From Octopus sinensis (Eukaryota): a stretch of 20,391 bases of DNA. The stretch spans positions 1-20,391 of the forward strand of contig NW_021823998.1 of assembly GCF_006345805.1 (NCBI RefSeq). The letters are read 5' to 3'. The translations under genes were made by a program, and so were the position numbers. Below are positions 8,908 to 19,884 of the stretch, piece after piece. Each line of letters opens with the position of its first letter. Within the stretch, counting starts at the first letter, position 1. Under the pieces are notes generated by a model that did no database searches, was not told the DNA's origin, and worked only from the letters and a program-made list of their open reading frames with translations.

Positions 8908-8943
8908 CTTTGACGTTTCGAGCCTACGCTCTTCTACAGAAAG
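8908..8943 (-). ncRNA. minimal type I hammerhead-like motif (Penelope-like pLTR relic) with core variant
   Basis: Minus strand reads CUUU-CUGUAGA-A-GAGC-GUAG-GCUC-GAAA-C-GU-C-AAAG: stem I CUUU/AAAG, stem II GAGC/GCUC, palindromic ACGU stem III, GUC site. Core A6 is replaced by U. Confidence 0.65.
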
Positions 8944-9435
8944 GAATGAAGACAAAAGACAACTGAAGTAAAGAAAAGGAATCTTGTCATTTATTCCTCA
9001 AACAGCCTGTAATGGTGAGAATAGTAATAGTAATAATAATGCCAATAGTTATTATAATCCTGATAATAATCGCAATTGTCGAATTGTTTGATACAAAATG
9101 TATCGGGTTATTACAAAATGGGTAATAACTTTAGTTCATTGACAAAAAGTATATGGGTTGAAAATATACCAAGTTCGTACGCACATACTCTCACTCAATA
9201 TACAGCGTGCGCGTATTTCTACCTATCTCTCTGTATATATAGACACACACACACACACACAAAAGATCAGACGCGCATTTAGATGTGGGAAATTTTCAGC
9301 AATTAAGATTTTAACCATCAAAGGTTAATGTAAGCAACACACACACACACACACACATTTATCCGCAATTATAATAAAAGGAGATGATGCAATTAAGGTT
9401 AGAAATAAAAGTTAAAAATACTTCTGCGGCTACTA

Positions 9436-9560
9436 TTAATAATAATAATAATAATAATGATGATGATGATGATAACAATGATAATAATAATAAGTGTAAT
9501 GACGCTGATGCTGATGATGCTGATGATGGGAAAACAACAACAGTAACAACAAGATGAATA
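9436..9560. repeat. (AAT)n/(GAT)n/(AAC)n trinucleotide tract
   Basis: Directly visible. Confidence 0.9.
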
Positions 9561-9699
9561 AAACGCAACACAAACGGAACCATATAAAATACAACACAAA
9601 AAAAGAAAGAAAGGAAAGAAAGAATCTGAAATGACGTCATCAAAGTCTCGAATTAAGGGTCATTCTAATTGTGGGTGTATGCTATACCTTTCGTCCCCT

Positions 9700-10017
9700 A
9701 CTTAGTTCAGTCATTAGACTGCGGCGATGCTGGAGCAACGCCTTCAGCGTTTATAGTTGAACTGATCGACTACGTTATTCATCTTCCTTTTAAGTGTGGT
9801 AGCTCTTGGCCGAACCGCTAACTTACAGGGACATAAATACACCAACACCGGTTGTCAAGTGGTGGTGGTGGTTTGTGGGAGTGACAAACAGACTTAAAGA
9901 AACACACTCACACACATACATATATACATACATACATACATACATACATACATACATACTACATACGTACATAAACACACATACACGACAGGCGTTCAGT
10001 TCCCCCTCTGCCTAATC
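9700..10017 (-). mobile_element. SINE family B, 5'-truncated, with expanded internal (TACA)n
   Basis: GACTGCGGCGATGCTGGAGCAACGCCTT, GCCGAAC, ACACCAACA...TTGTCAAG..GTGGTGG..GACAAACA are reverse complements of segments in 10190-10400. Confidence 0.82.
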
Positions 10018-10057
10018 AAGCATGCTAAGTGCCAACGCACAAAACTGTCAGACGTTG

Positions 10058-10412
10058 AGTGTGGTAAGTAGTTTGCTTACAAACCACACGGTTCCGGGTT
10101 CAGTCCCACTGCGTGGCACCTCGGGCAAGTGTATTCTACTATAGCTTCGGGCCGACCAAAGCCTTGTGAGTGGATTTGGTAAACGGAAACTGAATGAAGT
10201 CCGTCGTATGTGTGTGTGTGTGTGTCTGTGTTTGTCCCCGCCACCATCGCTTGACAATATATGTTGGTGTGTCTTACCAGTTCGGCAAAAAAGACCGATA
10301 GAATAAGTACTAGGCTTACAAAGAATAAGTCCTGGGGTCGATCTGTTCGACTAAAAGGCGGTGCTCCAGCATGGACAAAGTTAAATGACAAACAAATTAA
10401 AGAATAAAAGAA
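10058..10412 (+). mobile_element. tRNA-derived SINE, family B (CORE-like body)
   Basis: GTGTGGTAAG A-box region, GGTTCAGTCCC B-box-like motif, then GGCACCTCGGGCAAGTG resembling the start of the CORE domain, an internal (GT)n, and tail GGCGGTGCTCCAGCATGG followed by an A-rich end. Confidence 0.88.
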
Positions 10413-10867
10413 TACTAATATTTTGAGTTCTGGACTTCCTGTTTGCATCGAAAGGAAGAAACTTCGAAGTTCCTGCGAAAAGCTGTCCTTTCTTATTGTC
10501 AGTTAGAAAAGTCGGTTTTTGGCAAAACTACGAATGATCATTCAACATGTTTTATAATAAACAATTGTCCGGTATCAGGTATTGAGTCCTACACTCTCTT
10601 AATGTTCGTTGCTTTTTATACCTTACTGAACACTGATACACAGCGCTCGCATTCGTGTGTGTGTTTTCTGCAAACTGAAATGATTTCTACCTTTGCCTTT
10701 TACAGTTACCATTCTGCCAAGTTTCGTATTCTTTCTTTCAAAAGACTTGAGACAAATTCCGTTTAGTCAGGCGGAAAAATCATAGAAAATTTTTTTGCTA
10801 AAAAAAAACAAAAAAATTATTCCGATTTCATTTTTGATAACAGAAAGGCGAAAAAGTGTACAGCTCT

Positions 10868-11440
10868 GGTGGTAGTGGTGGTGGCGGTGGTGGGAAATAA
10901 TATTGTTGTTGTTGTTGCTGTGTGTTGCTTCGTTTCTTTTCATCTTTTTTTTAACATTCATTCTTATAATTTGTTTATATTGCAAGCTGTGTTGCTGTCC
11001 TTTTTATTGCTCTCTTCTTTCTGTTGCTATTGTTGATAATATATTTTTTTTTATTCGCAATATATATTGTAGTCGTTGTTCTTCGATAATCGATATTACT
11101 GTTGTAGTTGTTGCTGCTACATACTGTTTGTATTGTTGTTGTTGTTGTTACTGTCACCTAATGTTGCGAATATTTCTGTTGTTGTTAGCAACGAACATTG
11201 TTGTTTCTTCTTATGATGTTACATTTATTGCTTTTTGTTGTTGTTTGTGTGGTTATTATTAATCTTGTTCTTCTTGTGACTGTCAGCTGCTACTATTTTT
11301 AGCAATCTTATTGTTGTTGTAACTTTTCTTGTTGTTGCCCATGGACATTGCTATTATCATTCATCATCATCATCATCATCATCATCGTTGCTGTTAATAT
11401 TCTTCTCGTTCTTGTTGTTCATGTTGCTTGTTATTGTTGC
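10868..11440. repeat. degenerate (GGT)/(GTT)/(CAT) trinucleotide low-complexity region
   Basis: Directly visible. Confidence 0.85.
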
Positions 11441-12147
11441 GATTGACAGACAGCTAATTCTTCCATACGATGCACAATAACACTTCTAGTTATACTTTCT
11501 CAATGTGACTATGAATGTATGGATGGACAGGAATATATAAACGTATATAAACCTATTATATACGTTTTTATTTTATTTTGCAATTTACTTAATCTTTGAC
11601 ATTTTACTGTTATTTTAAGTTCAATTTTTCTATTATATGTAATTTTTTAGATGGTGTAATTTAATTGTTCATTTTGAATTGATAAAAGGTGTTTTTTTTC
11701 TAATTTTATATATATATTATATTGTGTGAAATTTGATTTAGTATTTCTAAATTGAATTTTTCTTTGTAAGTTTGGATTTTATTCCCTCAAATAATAATTA
11801 TATATATACGGTAAACTCCGTAAAACGGTTTTCTTTATTTTATTTTGCAGTATGTTGTTCAAATTCCCTATATTCACGTTACTAACAAAACTATATTTTC
11901 TGGGCGTAGAAAACCTAACTGCATACTTGCTCCACAGATTGCATATTTAGCATTTGACACACAGAATAGGAGCTACCTAATAGTAAATATTCCTGAAATA
12001 CAACAATATTATAAAAGTGCCCAGAGGTTTTATAGAGAGCTCAGCAAGCGTCGCTAAATTCATGGAGATTATATCATGAAATACGATGTGAACGGAATAT
12101 CATTTTTAAGAAAAATCAATGAGGAGTATTTGACTATATATACAAAT

Positions 12148-12243
12148 GTAGAAGACACTTGCCGAAGGTGTCACGCAGTGGGACTGAACCCCGAACCATA
12201 TGGTCGGAAAGAAAGCTTCTTACTATACAGTCACGCCTGCACC
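12148..12243 (-). mobile_element. SINE family B 5' head fragment
   Basis: GTAGAAGACACTTGCCGAAGGTGTCACGCAGTGGGACTGAACCC is the reverse complement of 10096-10139. Both copies give the shared peptide TC.RCHAVGLNPEP in the ORF track. Confidence 0.88.
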
Positions 12244-12833
12244 GATAAGTATGTGTATGTATGTGTAAATATGTATGTGCATATATATGCAGCAATTCAT
12301 CTGTTTATAGTATAATTTAGATCCGTCGTACGTTTCACCCTCGTGGTTGTTTGGAACGTTGCTTTGGATCTTCCGAGTGCAAATGGATAGAACACTTTAA
12401 TGGATTATGATACAGTTAACTAATCTGTTCCTTGATTATCCGTTGTGAGTTAAGCACCCAATGGCACTCTTGGAACCTCCGATGCAGAGTTACAAACAAC
12501 CACAATGTTGAAATGTACGTAGGAACTAATAATATAAAGTTTATTTTATATATTATATATAAATACGTGTGTTTGCGTGATAGACATATATGTTTGTGTA
12601 TAATCACATATACATACATACAAATGTCTGTCAAAGAAATTGTATTTATGCATGTTTTATATATATATATATATACGTGTAGCTTTATATGTATATGTTT
12701 GTATGCATTTTTATATGTGTATATAACCTCTGTGTATATGTAATAACTGCATGCGCGAATGACTGATTGAATGAAAAGAGAACGAGAAATGAATGAACAT
12801 GAACGAGCACGAGCATGACCTGATGTGAATACA

Positions 12834-12836
<3 letters not shown>

Positions 12837-12876
<40 letters not shown>
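12837..12876. repeat. (CT)n microsatellite
   Basis: Directly visible. Confidence 0.97.
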
Positions 12877-12880
<4 letters not shown>

Positions 12881-13260
12881 ATACTTACTATACGAGGTAA
12901 CACTGGTCTGTATAAGTGTGTGCATGTATTCGTGCGTGTTTATAAAACGCTCTCATACCGCAATGAAAACCATGCTTGATATCCGATATTCATTTTTTCA
13001 CGGTATTTTGTTAAAGTTTGGCCTGTGAGTCCCCACTGCATCAATGCTCACCAATAGATATGGTTTAGCTCGTATTTAATTAATATTAAATCATTGCCGA
13101 GAAATCATCCATCATAATTTCATTGGATGGCTAATAACATTAAAATTAATGGATTGTTCACACACACACACACACGATTTTTTCTTTCTGTGCAAGGCTA
13201 ATCTTTTTCCCACTAGTACGTTATTGTACTTTTTTAAAACTTATATGAACGTATTTAGAC

Positions 13261-13350
13261 ATACATACATACATACACACATACATACATACATACATAC
13301 ATACATACATACATACATACATACATACATACATACATACATACATACAT
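13261..13350. repeat. (TACA)n microsatellite
   Basis: Directly visible. Confidence 0.97.
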
Positions 13351-13553
13351 GCTCGAAAGTTGATATATGTGTGCACCTCTTTAATATAATATATTTATAA
13401 TTAAATTGCATATCTCATAGAAATTATATAGAGATAGATAGATATAATACACATCTATATCTTAGATGCGTGTATGCATACATACATATAACATAGATGT
13501 GAGCGTGTGAGTGTGTATATATGTGTAATTTATATGTGTATATATGTGTAATT

Positions 13554-13593
<40 letters not shown>

Positions 13594-14077
13594 TATTACA
13601 AATTTTATGCTCATATGAGTTCATTTAATATGAGCGTGTATATATGCGTATATACATACATAGAAAGATATACGTATATATCCGTAGACATATTGCGTAC
13701 ATATATGTAAATAGATATTCTTATATTTTTTCCATATATATGTATAAAAACACATACAGCAGTTGTGTCACAATGATTTTGTTAATATTATCAATGTTAC
13801 TATTTATTTTTAATTTCTATTTTTATTATTATCATTATTAATATTATCATTATTATTATTATTATTATTATTATCTATATATTAATTAATAACGTTGTGG
13901 TTTATGAATTCGTAAGCCCATTCAGAGAATGGGGTTATGTCGTGGATAGATTTTGTTGGAAATGGTAAATTAGCTTTGATTAGTAATATTAATTCGATAT
14001 ATAAAATTAATTGAGCGTCCAAAAGCAACAAATTTCAGGATTGATGAGTCATTTCTGTTAAATAGTAACCTCTATAC

Positions 14078-14080
<3 letters not shown>

Positions 14081-14121
<41 letters not shown>
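14081..14121. repeat. (TA)n microsatellite
   Basis: Directly visible. Confidence 0.95.
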
Positions 14122-14124
<3 letters not shown>

Positions 14125-14189
14125 GCATACAGACATACACATACATATTCAGATAAGCTCTCTAAATTTACATATATACTAGAGGTAAA

Positions 14190-14350
14190 GGTAGGGTCTC
14201 ACCGAGGAGCTAGACACAGCAGCCAAATCTTGAAACAAAACCGATTTGTTTTGAATAATAGGCACATGGTAACTTTGTACATTATACATTAAAAAATGTT
14301 GGGATGGTCGTAACTGGAATTCTTCGGCTCATAAGTCTTTTTACTAAGGC
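14190..14350 (-). repeat. old interspersed repeat, probable second copy at about 18835-19000 (+)
   Basis: Reverse-complement blocks ATTCCAGTTACGACCATCCC and AAGATTTGGCTGCTGTGTCTAG resemble ATTTCAGCCGTGACCAACTCC and AAAATCCGGTCACTATTTCTAA, in the same order and at similar spacing. Confidence 0.4.
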
Positions 14351-14408
14351 CTACTAGAATTAAAGAGCAAAATGGACTATAAAACTGCACAATTTACCGT
14401 ATATACCA

Positions 14409-14409
<1 letters not shown>

Positions 14410-14439
<30 letters not shown>

Positions 14440-14457
14440 CATACATACATACATACA
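14410..14457. repeat. (TACA)n microsatellite
   Basis: Directly visible. Confidence 0.97.
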
Positions 14458-14757
14458 GATGCAGAAACCTTCACTATAGGAGTAAGCAAACTGCAGAATG
14501 GGAAAGCACCTGGAAGTGACCTAATAGTTGGATACTGGCACAAGAAGCCGACATTTTATAGAAACCAATTGATATGTCTGTTCAAAAGGACTATGGAAGA
14601 ACAGACTGATATAACACATTGGCTTGCTACAGCAAGGACAAATTTTGTTGCCAAAAATGAAATCCCGGAGATGGCAGGAAACCACAGGCCCATTGCTTGC
14701 CTAAACATTATGTACCAACTGTACACAAGTTGCCTCAGCCAATTCCTCCAAGACTAG
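14458..14757 (+). mobile_element. non-LTR retrotransposon RT N-terminal fragment, R4/Dong-like
   Basis: Open 99-codon frame DAETFTIGVSKLQNGKAPGSDLIVGYWHKK...HWLATARTNFVAKNE...NHRPIACLNIMYQLYTSCL contains the KAPG.D, W....T..I.K and N.RPI.CL...Y motifs of RT subdomains 0-2. The YW.K / WL...RT pattern is typical of R4/Dong. Confidence 0.88.
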
Positions 14758-14782
14758 ACTATAGTAATTAAAAAATAGAAGA

Positions 14783-15040
14783 GACATACATACTAAATAC
14801 CTTGCTAATGTTGAAATTCCAGTGAAGGAGTCTTGGATCTAGGTTAGAAACCGGCTCTTTCTCTGTTGGCAAAAAATCACGAGATAAACGGAATAATGAC
14901 ATACATACAAATAAAAATACCATACCCTGTTGTTGATGTTGAAATACCAATGAAGAAGTCTTGGATCTATGTTAGAAACCGATTCTTTATCTATTGGCAA
15001 GAAATCTTGAAATAAACGGAATAATGATATGCATATATAC
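14783..15040 (+). repeat. tandem dimer of a 128-bp unit
   Basis: ATGTTGAAAT.CCA.TGAAG.AGTCTTGGATCTA.GTTAGAAACCG..TCTTT.TCT.TTGGCAA.AAATC..GA.ATAAACGGAATAATGA starts at both 14808 and 14936. Confidence 0.92.
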
Positions 15041-15729
15041 TTAGGATTCGTATTCAACCAGATGGAGTACTTATCGCTGGCTGAATCAGTTATTAGCTTG
15101 TGCATAACAGTAAATACTTCGAGGTGTGGTTATTAGAATCTAACATTCCTAGTTGTTAGTTTATTGTTGGAAATTGTGAAATAATATGAATAATTTATCA
15201 CTTAAGCCAATTTAGAAGCCAGTATTTGAACTCAAACGACTATAAAGTTTTGAAGTATCATGGCCCATAAGTGAAAATTTAATTTTAAACCCGTTTCTTG
15301 CCGAGTGTGTTACTTTTAAAAATTCAAACGCGCTTAAAACAAACATGTTCAGCGTCGTTTGAAATTAAATTCTCTATTTCTGCGCCTCTATATACTTCCG
15401 TGGTCAGTTTTATCAAATTTGCGCTGCGAATTTTTGGTTAAATGCAATATTATTCATTTTATATGAATATTTCTTCGAATTAAGCGAACGATCAGAGTTG
15501 TTGGACGATTCTAGACACGCCTTAAAGTATTTACTTCGCAGTTATGTGCTTGTTAATAGCTGATTCAGACAATAATATTTTGGGTTTTCCTTTCTAATAT
15601 TGCTTTATCGTCCTTAGAATTGACTATTTCTTCTACAAGAATAAAATCACCAGAGATCAAATGAGAGGATTCACATAAATTAATGGCCAGCTGAAGAACC
15701 TCGCTTCTACCATTTAAACATTGCCATTA

Positions 15730-18242
15730 TCTGCTACTACCTGTCAAACACCGTTAATACCACCACTACCATCATAACTACCATCATACCATGCCACCAC
15801 AACCTCCACCACCGCCATCATCATCATCACTATTATCACTACTAACACTATCAACGCTACCACAACCATCATCACAACCACGAAAGTTACTACCAACACC
15901 CCAATCCTACCACGACCATCACTACCATCCTCATCATCACTATGATTGCCACTCCCAATAATACGGTTGCTAAAACATTCGTTGCCATCACCTCACCCCA
16001 TCATCATTATCATCAGCATTATCATCATCATCACTGCTAGCTCTCCAAATACATCCAGCCTGAAAGTCTGTCCACAGCCTCCGGCACTGACAGCACCTTT
16101 TACAGTGGCCAAACCTCTTCTGGTCACTCACTTCCCTTCCCACCCCACCACTGCACACACAATACATATCTGGAACTTTCGCCAACTCCGTTTTCCAAAT
16201 TTCTCCAACTACTGACCAGCACCTCCCTACTAATATTGACCGTTCCATCCCCTCCTGCCCACTTACATTTTAAATGTCCTCGCACGACTGCAGGACTACG
16301 TTACCCAACCCCATATCCTCAAAACAAAATTTCTCGAACTCCCTCTAGCAATGACCAGCGTTTTACACTGATCTTAGAGACAATGACCACCGCTTTGCAC
16401 TTGTCACTCCTCACCACCCATCCTATAGTATTTTGCAACCACCTCCTTTCCAAGATTTCCCCAGTTATTGAATGACCCGGTTGCAATGGTCAAGCAGCCT
16501 TTGGACTCTGTGGACCTGACTAAATATCTCTGTATCCACCATCCCCTCCTTGCCACCCCAGTCATTTCAGCAACTGACTAATATTAGCATTCATGTAATT
16601 TATGATTGTTCTACAGCCTTCTTAAATACTCTCCGTCTAACATCTCTCCATACCATTCCAGCCACTGGCTATAATTCAATCCCCCAGCACTGACCAACAC
16701 CGTACGCTGCTCACACCATTTATGGTCACATTCCACCCGACTAATTCTCTTTCCACCTTATTCCTTTAAAATTTCTTTAACCACTTCTCTCACAAATTTT
16801 CTGCTGGTCATCCAGCTGCTGTCCTCAGTTTCTCCATAATCCCAGCAAAATATTCTTCCTCTACCATCTCTGTTTATTTCTTCGGCCACTGACCATCTTT
16901 CACCCTCACCCAATTGTATGCACAACAGACACCACTTCTAGCCAACACCTTAAACAGACGATGACGCCCGCCACCCTTAATCAATAAACATTTCCCTGTT
17001 ACAGATCCTATCGGAATTGTGACCAACACTTTCGGTGTTTCTTATATCCCCCTGGTCACTCAGTTTAATTTCCAAACATTATTCTATTACCGTCTCTCTA
17101 AATTTCTCCGGCCACTTGACCATTAACCTCTCACCGGCGTCGAGGATTTTGAATTAGTTACGTAAACCCCTGGTCAAACCAGGACACTAAAATTTTAAAG
17201 AAACCGCCATCATCACGAACACCATCACCAATGACAACAACAGCTTAACCGTCACCATGATGACCACAAACATTACTAGTAGCACTACTTCAAACTCCTC
17301 CAGCCACTGACCAGCAATATCCACTACTGACCAGCACAGTAATTTGTATTGGATAAAATGCCTCTGGTCAATATACACTACTTGAGTGTTCCGAACTAAT
17401 ACCACGATAGCCACCACCATCACCACTAACACTACCACCATCACTAATACCACTGGCCCCTACCACCAACACCATCATGATTTCTCTGTGACACTTCGGG
17501 TTATTACCAGACCCACCAGTGGTCAAGGTTTTGTCCCCATCATGTAAACTCTGTGCTATTCAACCCCCACTTAAAATATTATTTCTCTTCTGTCCCTCCC
17601 TCCGTCCATGGCAGCACTGACCAGTCATCTACTGGTCATTTTCCAATACAACTTCTCATCACCGCCCCCAAGGTCCCTGCAGACCTGTCTTCCCTTTACC
17701 GCATCCCTCACTGTCGCTGACCACAACCTTCCACTGGTCATCAACACAACCTCTCCTCATTATCACCACCACCGCTTCCAACTTCACTATCGTCCTCTAG
17801 ACACGCATAATTCTGGCCAATGACCTCCGTCCGCCATTGACCAAATATTTGCACTGGTCAAATACACTAATATGCTATCCAACACCACCGCCACCACCAG
17901 TACCACCAATTCTACTACTGGCACCAGCGCCACCATTATGACTACAACCACTGACACAAGTGCCAATTCTTCCGCCACTACAACCGTCACCGCCTCCACA
18001 TTATCCAGCCACACACTCTTCACTTTCGCTGTGTTCCCACCACCACCACCACTGCTATTACCATCGCAACCACCACCGAATCACTACAACTCCCTCCACT
18101 ACCACCGCCATTATGATCAGTATGACCCGCCAACTGGTGGTTGCGGGGATGGTGATGGAGACGGTGTCGGTAGAAGTGTTGGTGGCGTTGGTACCTTAGG
18201 AAGAGGTAGTGGTGGCGTGTTGGTACCATCACCATCACCTCA

Positions 18243-18273
<31 letters not shown>

Positions 18274-18570
18274 GCCACAACTACCTCCAGTACTACAACT
18301 GCTACATGTAGCTCAATCACTAACGCTACTACCACCACCCCTTCCTTTTTCTACTACTACTATGTCCACCACCGTTTATTCCCATCTCACTCAACCACCC
18401 CACCTCACTCAGCCTCCCACCTTACTCAACCCTCAACAACACTTAACCCCCAACCTCACTCACCTTCACCCAACCCCCACATCACTCACCCCCTCACTCA
18501 ACCTCCCACCCTCACTCGCCCCCACCAGCATTCACCCTATCGCTAACCCCTCGTTTCCTGCTCCCTCATA
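15730..18570. repeat. C/A-rich, G-poor low-complexity domain with (ACC)/(CAT)/(ACT) runs and recurrent TGACCA/TGGTCA
   Basis: Strong C-over-G skew on the + strand, degenerate trinucleotide runs, recurring CACTGACCA. Confidence 0.8.
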
Positions 18571-19101
18571 GGGAATACACACAGCATAGTTCCCGTATAA
18601 CCCTCGGTCAGATGAGACGGTCCAAGAACCGCACCCCCTACGCCTATCTAAATACCCGACCACACCCACCCTGGCCTCATAATTGATTCTTTCCAGAAAA
18701 ATCTATTGATCACAGATCGATGAATTTAACAGAAAGACGGCTGTGTGGAGGGGGAAGTGGTGGGATGAATGTGGTGATGGCTATAGGGAAGGAGAGAGGT
18801 TGTTGTGATGATATTTCTGGACGTTTAGCCCAAGGTCAGCCATGATCCAGTCAGCATATAATGAAATTCATTTCAGCCGTGACCAACTCCTCGTTTTTTT
18901 CAGGACCGCATTAAATACCTTGTCCGCTCTAAAAACAATACGATGTGATTTGAGGAAAATCCGGTCACTATTTCTAATAAGTCGAGCGATCATACAAAAA
19001 CCTCAGGGTGATGCAGCGATGATGATGATGGTCAGTGATGGTGGTAGTGGTGACCATCGCTGTACCAAGAACAAACAATAACACCAACAGAACTTTAAAA
19101 C

Positions 19102-19417
19102 TGGTACTCCGTCGGATACACGACGAGCGTTGGTCCGATCAACTGACCAGCCTGCTCGCAAAATTAATGTGCAAGTGGTTGAATGCACAGACACGTGTAC
19201 CCTTAATGTAGTTCTCAGGAAGATTCAGGGTGATACAGGATGTGACAAAGCTGGGGCCTTAGTTTACGGGCACAACTCATTTTTGCCAACTCAGTTGACT
19301 TGAGCAACGTGAAAAAAATAAAGTGTCTTACTCAAAGAGATAACCTGATACCAGGAATCAAGCTCACGGCCTTACGATCGAAAGCCATTTATCCTAACCA
19401 CTTAGCCACGCGTCTTC
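19102..19417 (-). mobile_element. tRNA-derived SINE, family C, near full length
   Basis: Reverse complement starts GAAGACGCGTGGCTAAGTGGTTAGG (A box), then GAGCTTGATTCC (decayed B box). The body matches 5206-5399 and ends CCGACGGAGTACCA. Confidence 0.85.
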
Positions 19418-19554
19418 GACACTAACAACAACAACAAGAATGCCACCATACCAATATAATCACCACGACCACCACTACTGAACTTCCAACAACTCTGTTC
19501 CATAAGGCAGGCGAGCCTCTCACACACTCCATCTGATGCATACATACACACGCA

Positions 19555-19634
19555 TACAAACATACACACACTGATTTACAAAGAACATACATATACACAT
19601 ATGCATGCACGCATATATATATATATATAATATA

Positions 19635-19695
<61 letters not shown>

Positions 19696-19735
19696 CATCT
19701 ACATACATACACACCACACACACACACACACACAC
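19555..19735. repeat. compound (CA)/(TA)/(TG) microsatellite
   Basis: Directly visible. Confidence 0.93.
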
Positions 19736-19884
19736 GTCTTCCCCTCTAAATGTCCACCTGGGGACAAATGGTCAAGGAACATCTGGACATTTCGACACTC
19801 CCTCGTCTTGTTCTCCCCACTCCACACAACCCGACCCCACCCAATATACTGCAAATACACTATCCCTTCCCCTTCCCTCTTCTC

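Noticed and set aside
11555-11810. T-rich block that may be an interspersed repeat tail
   Set aside because: No second copy or diagnostic terminus within the window.
16795-16832. Minus-strand CUGAGGA...hairpin...GAAA hammerhead-like string
   Set aside because: Stem II is out of register, and no convincing stem III, cleavage site or stem I forms.
16121-17860. CRISPR-like repeat/spacer array
   Set aside because: The shared motif is only 6-9 bp, occurs in both orientations with irregular spacing, and the context is eukaryotic with no cas genes.
17872-18546. Longest ORF (224 aa, Thr/Pro/His-rich, mucin-like)
   Set aside because: Translation of degenerate ACC/ACT/GGT repeats in a stop-poor C-rich tract. 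Overlapping frames are also open and no domain is recognisable.
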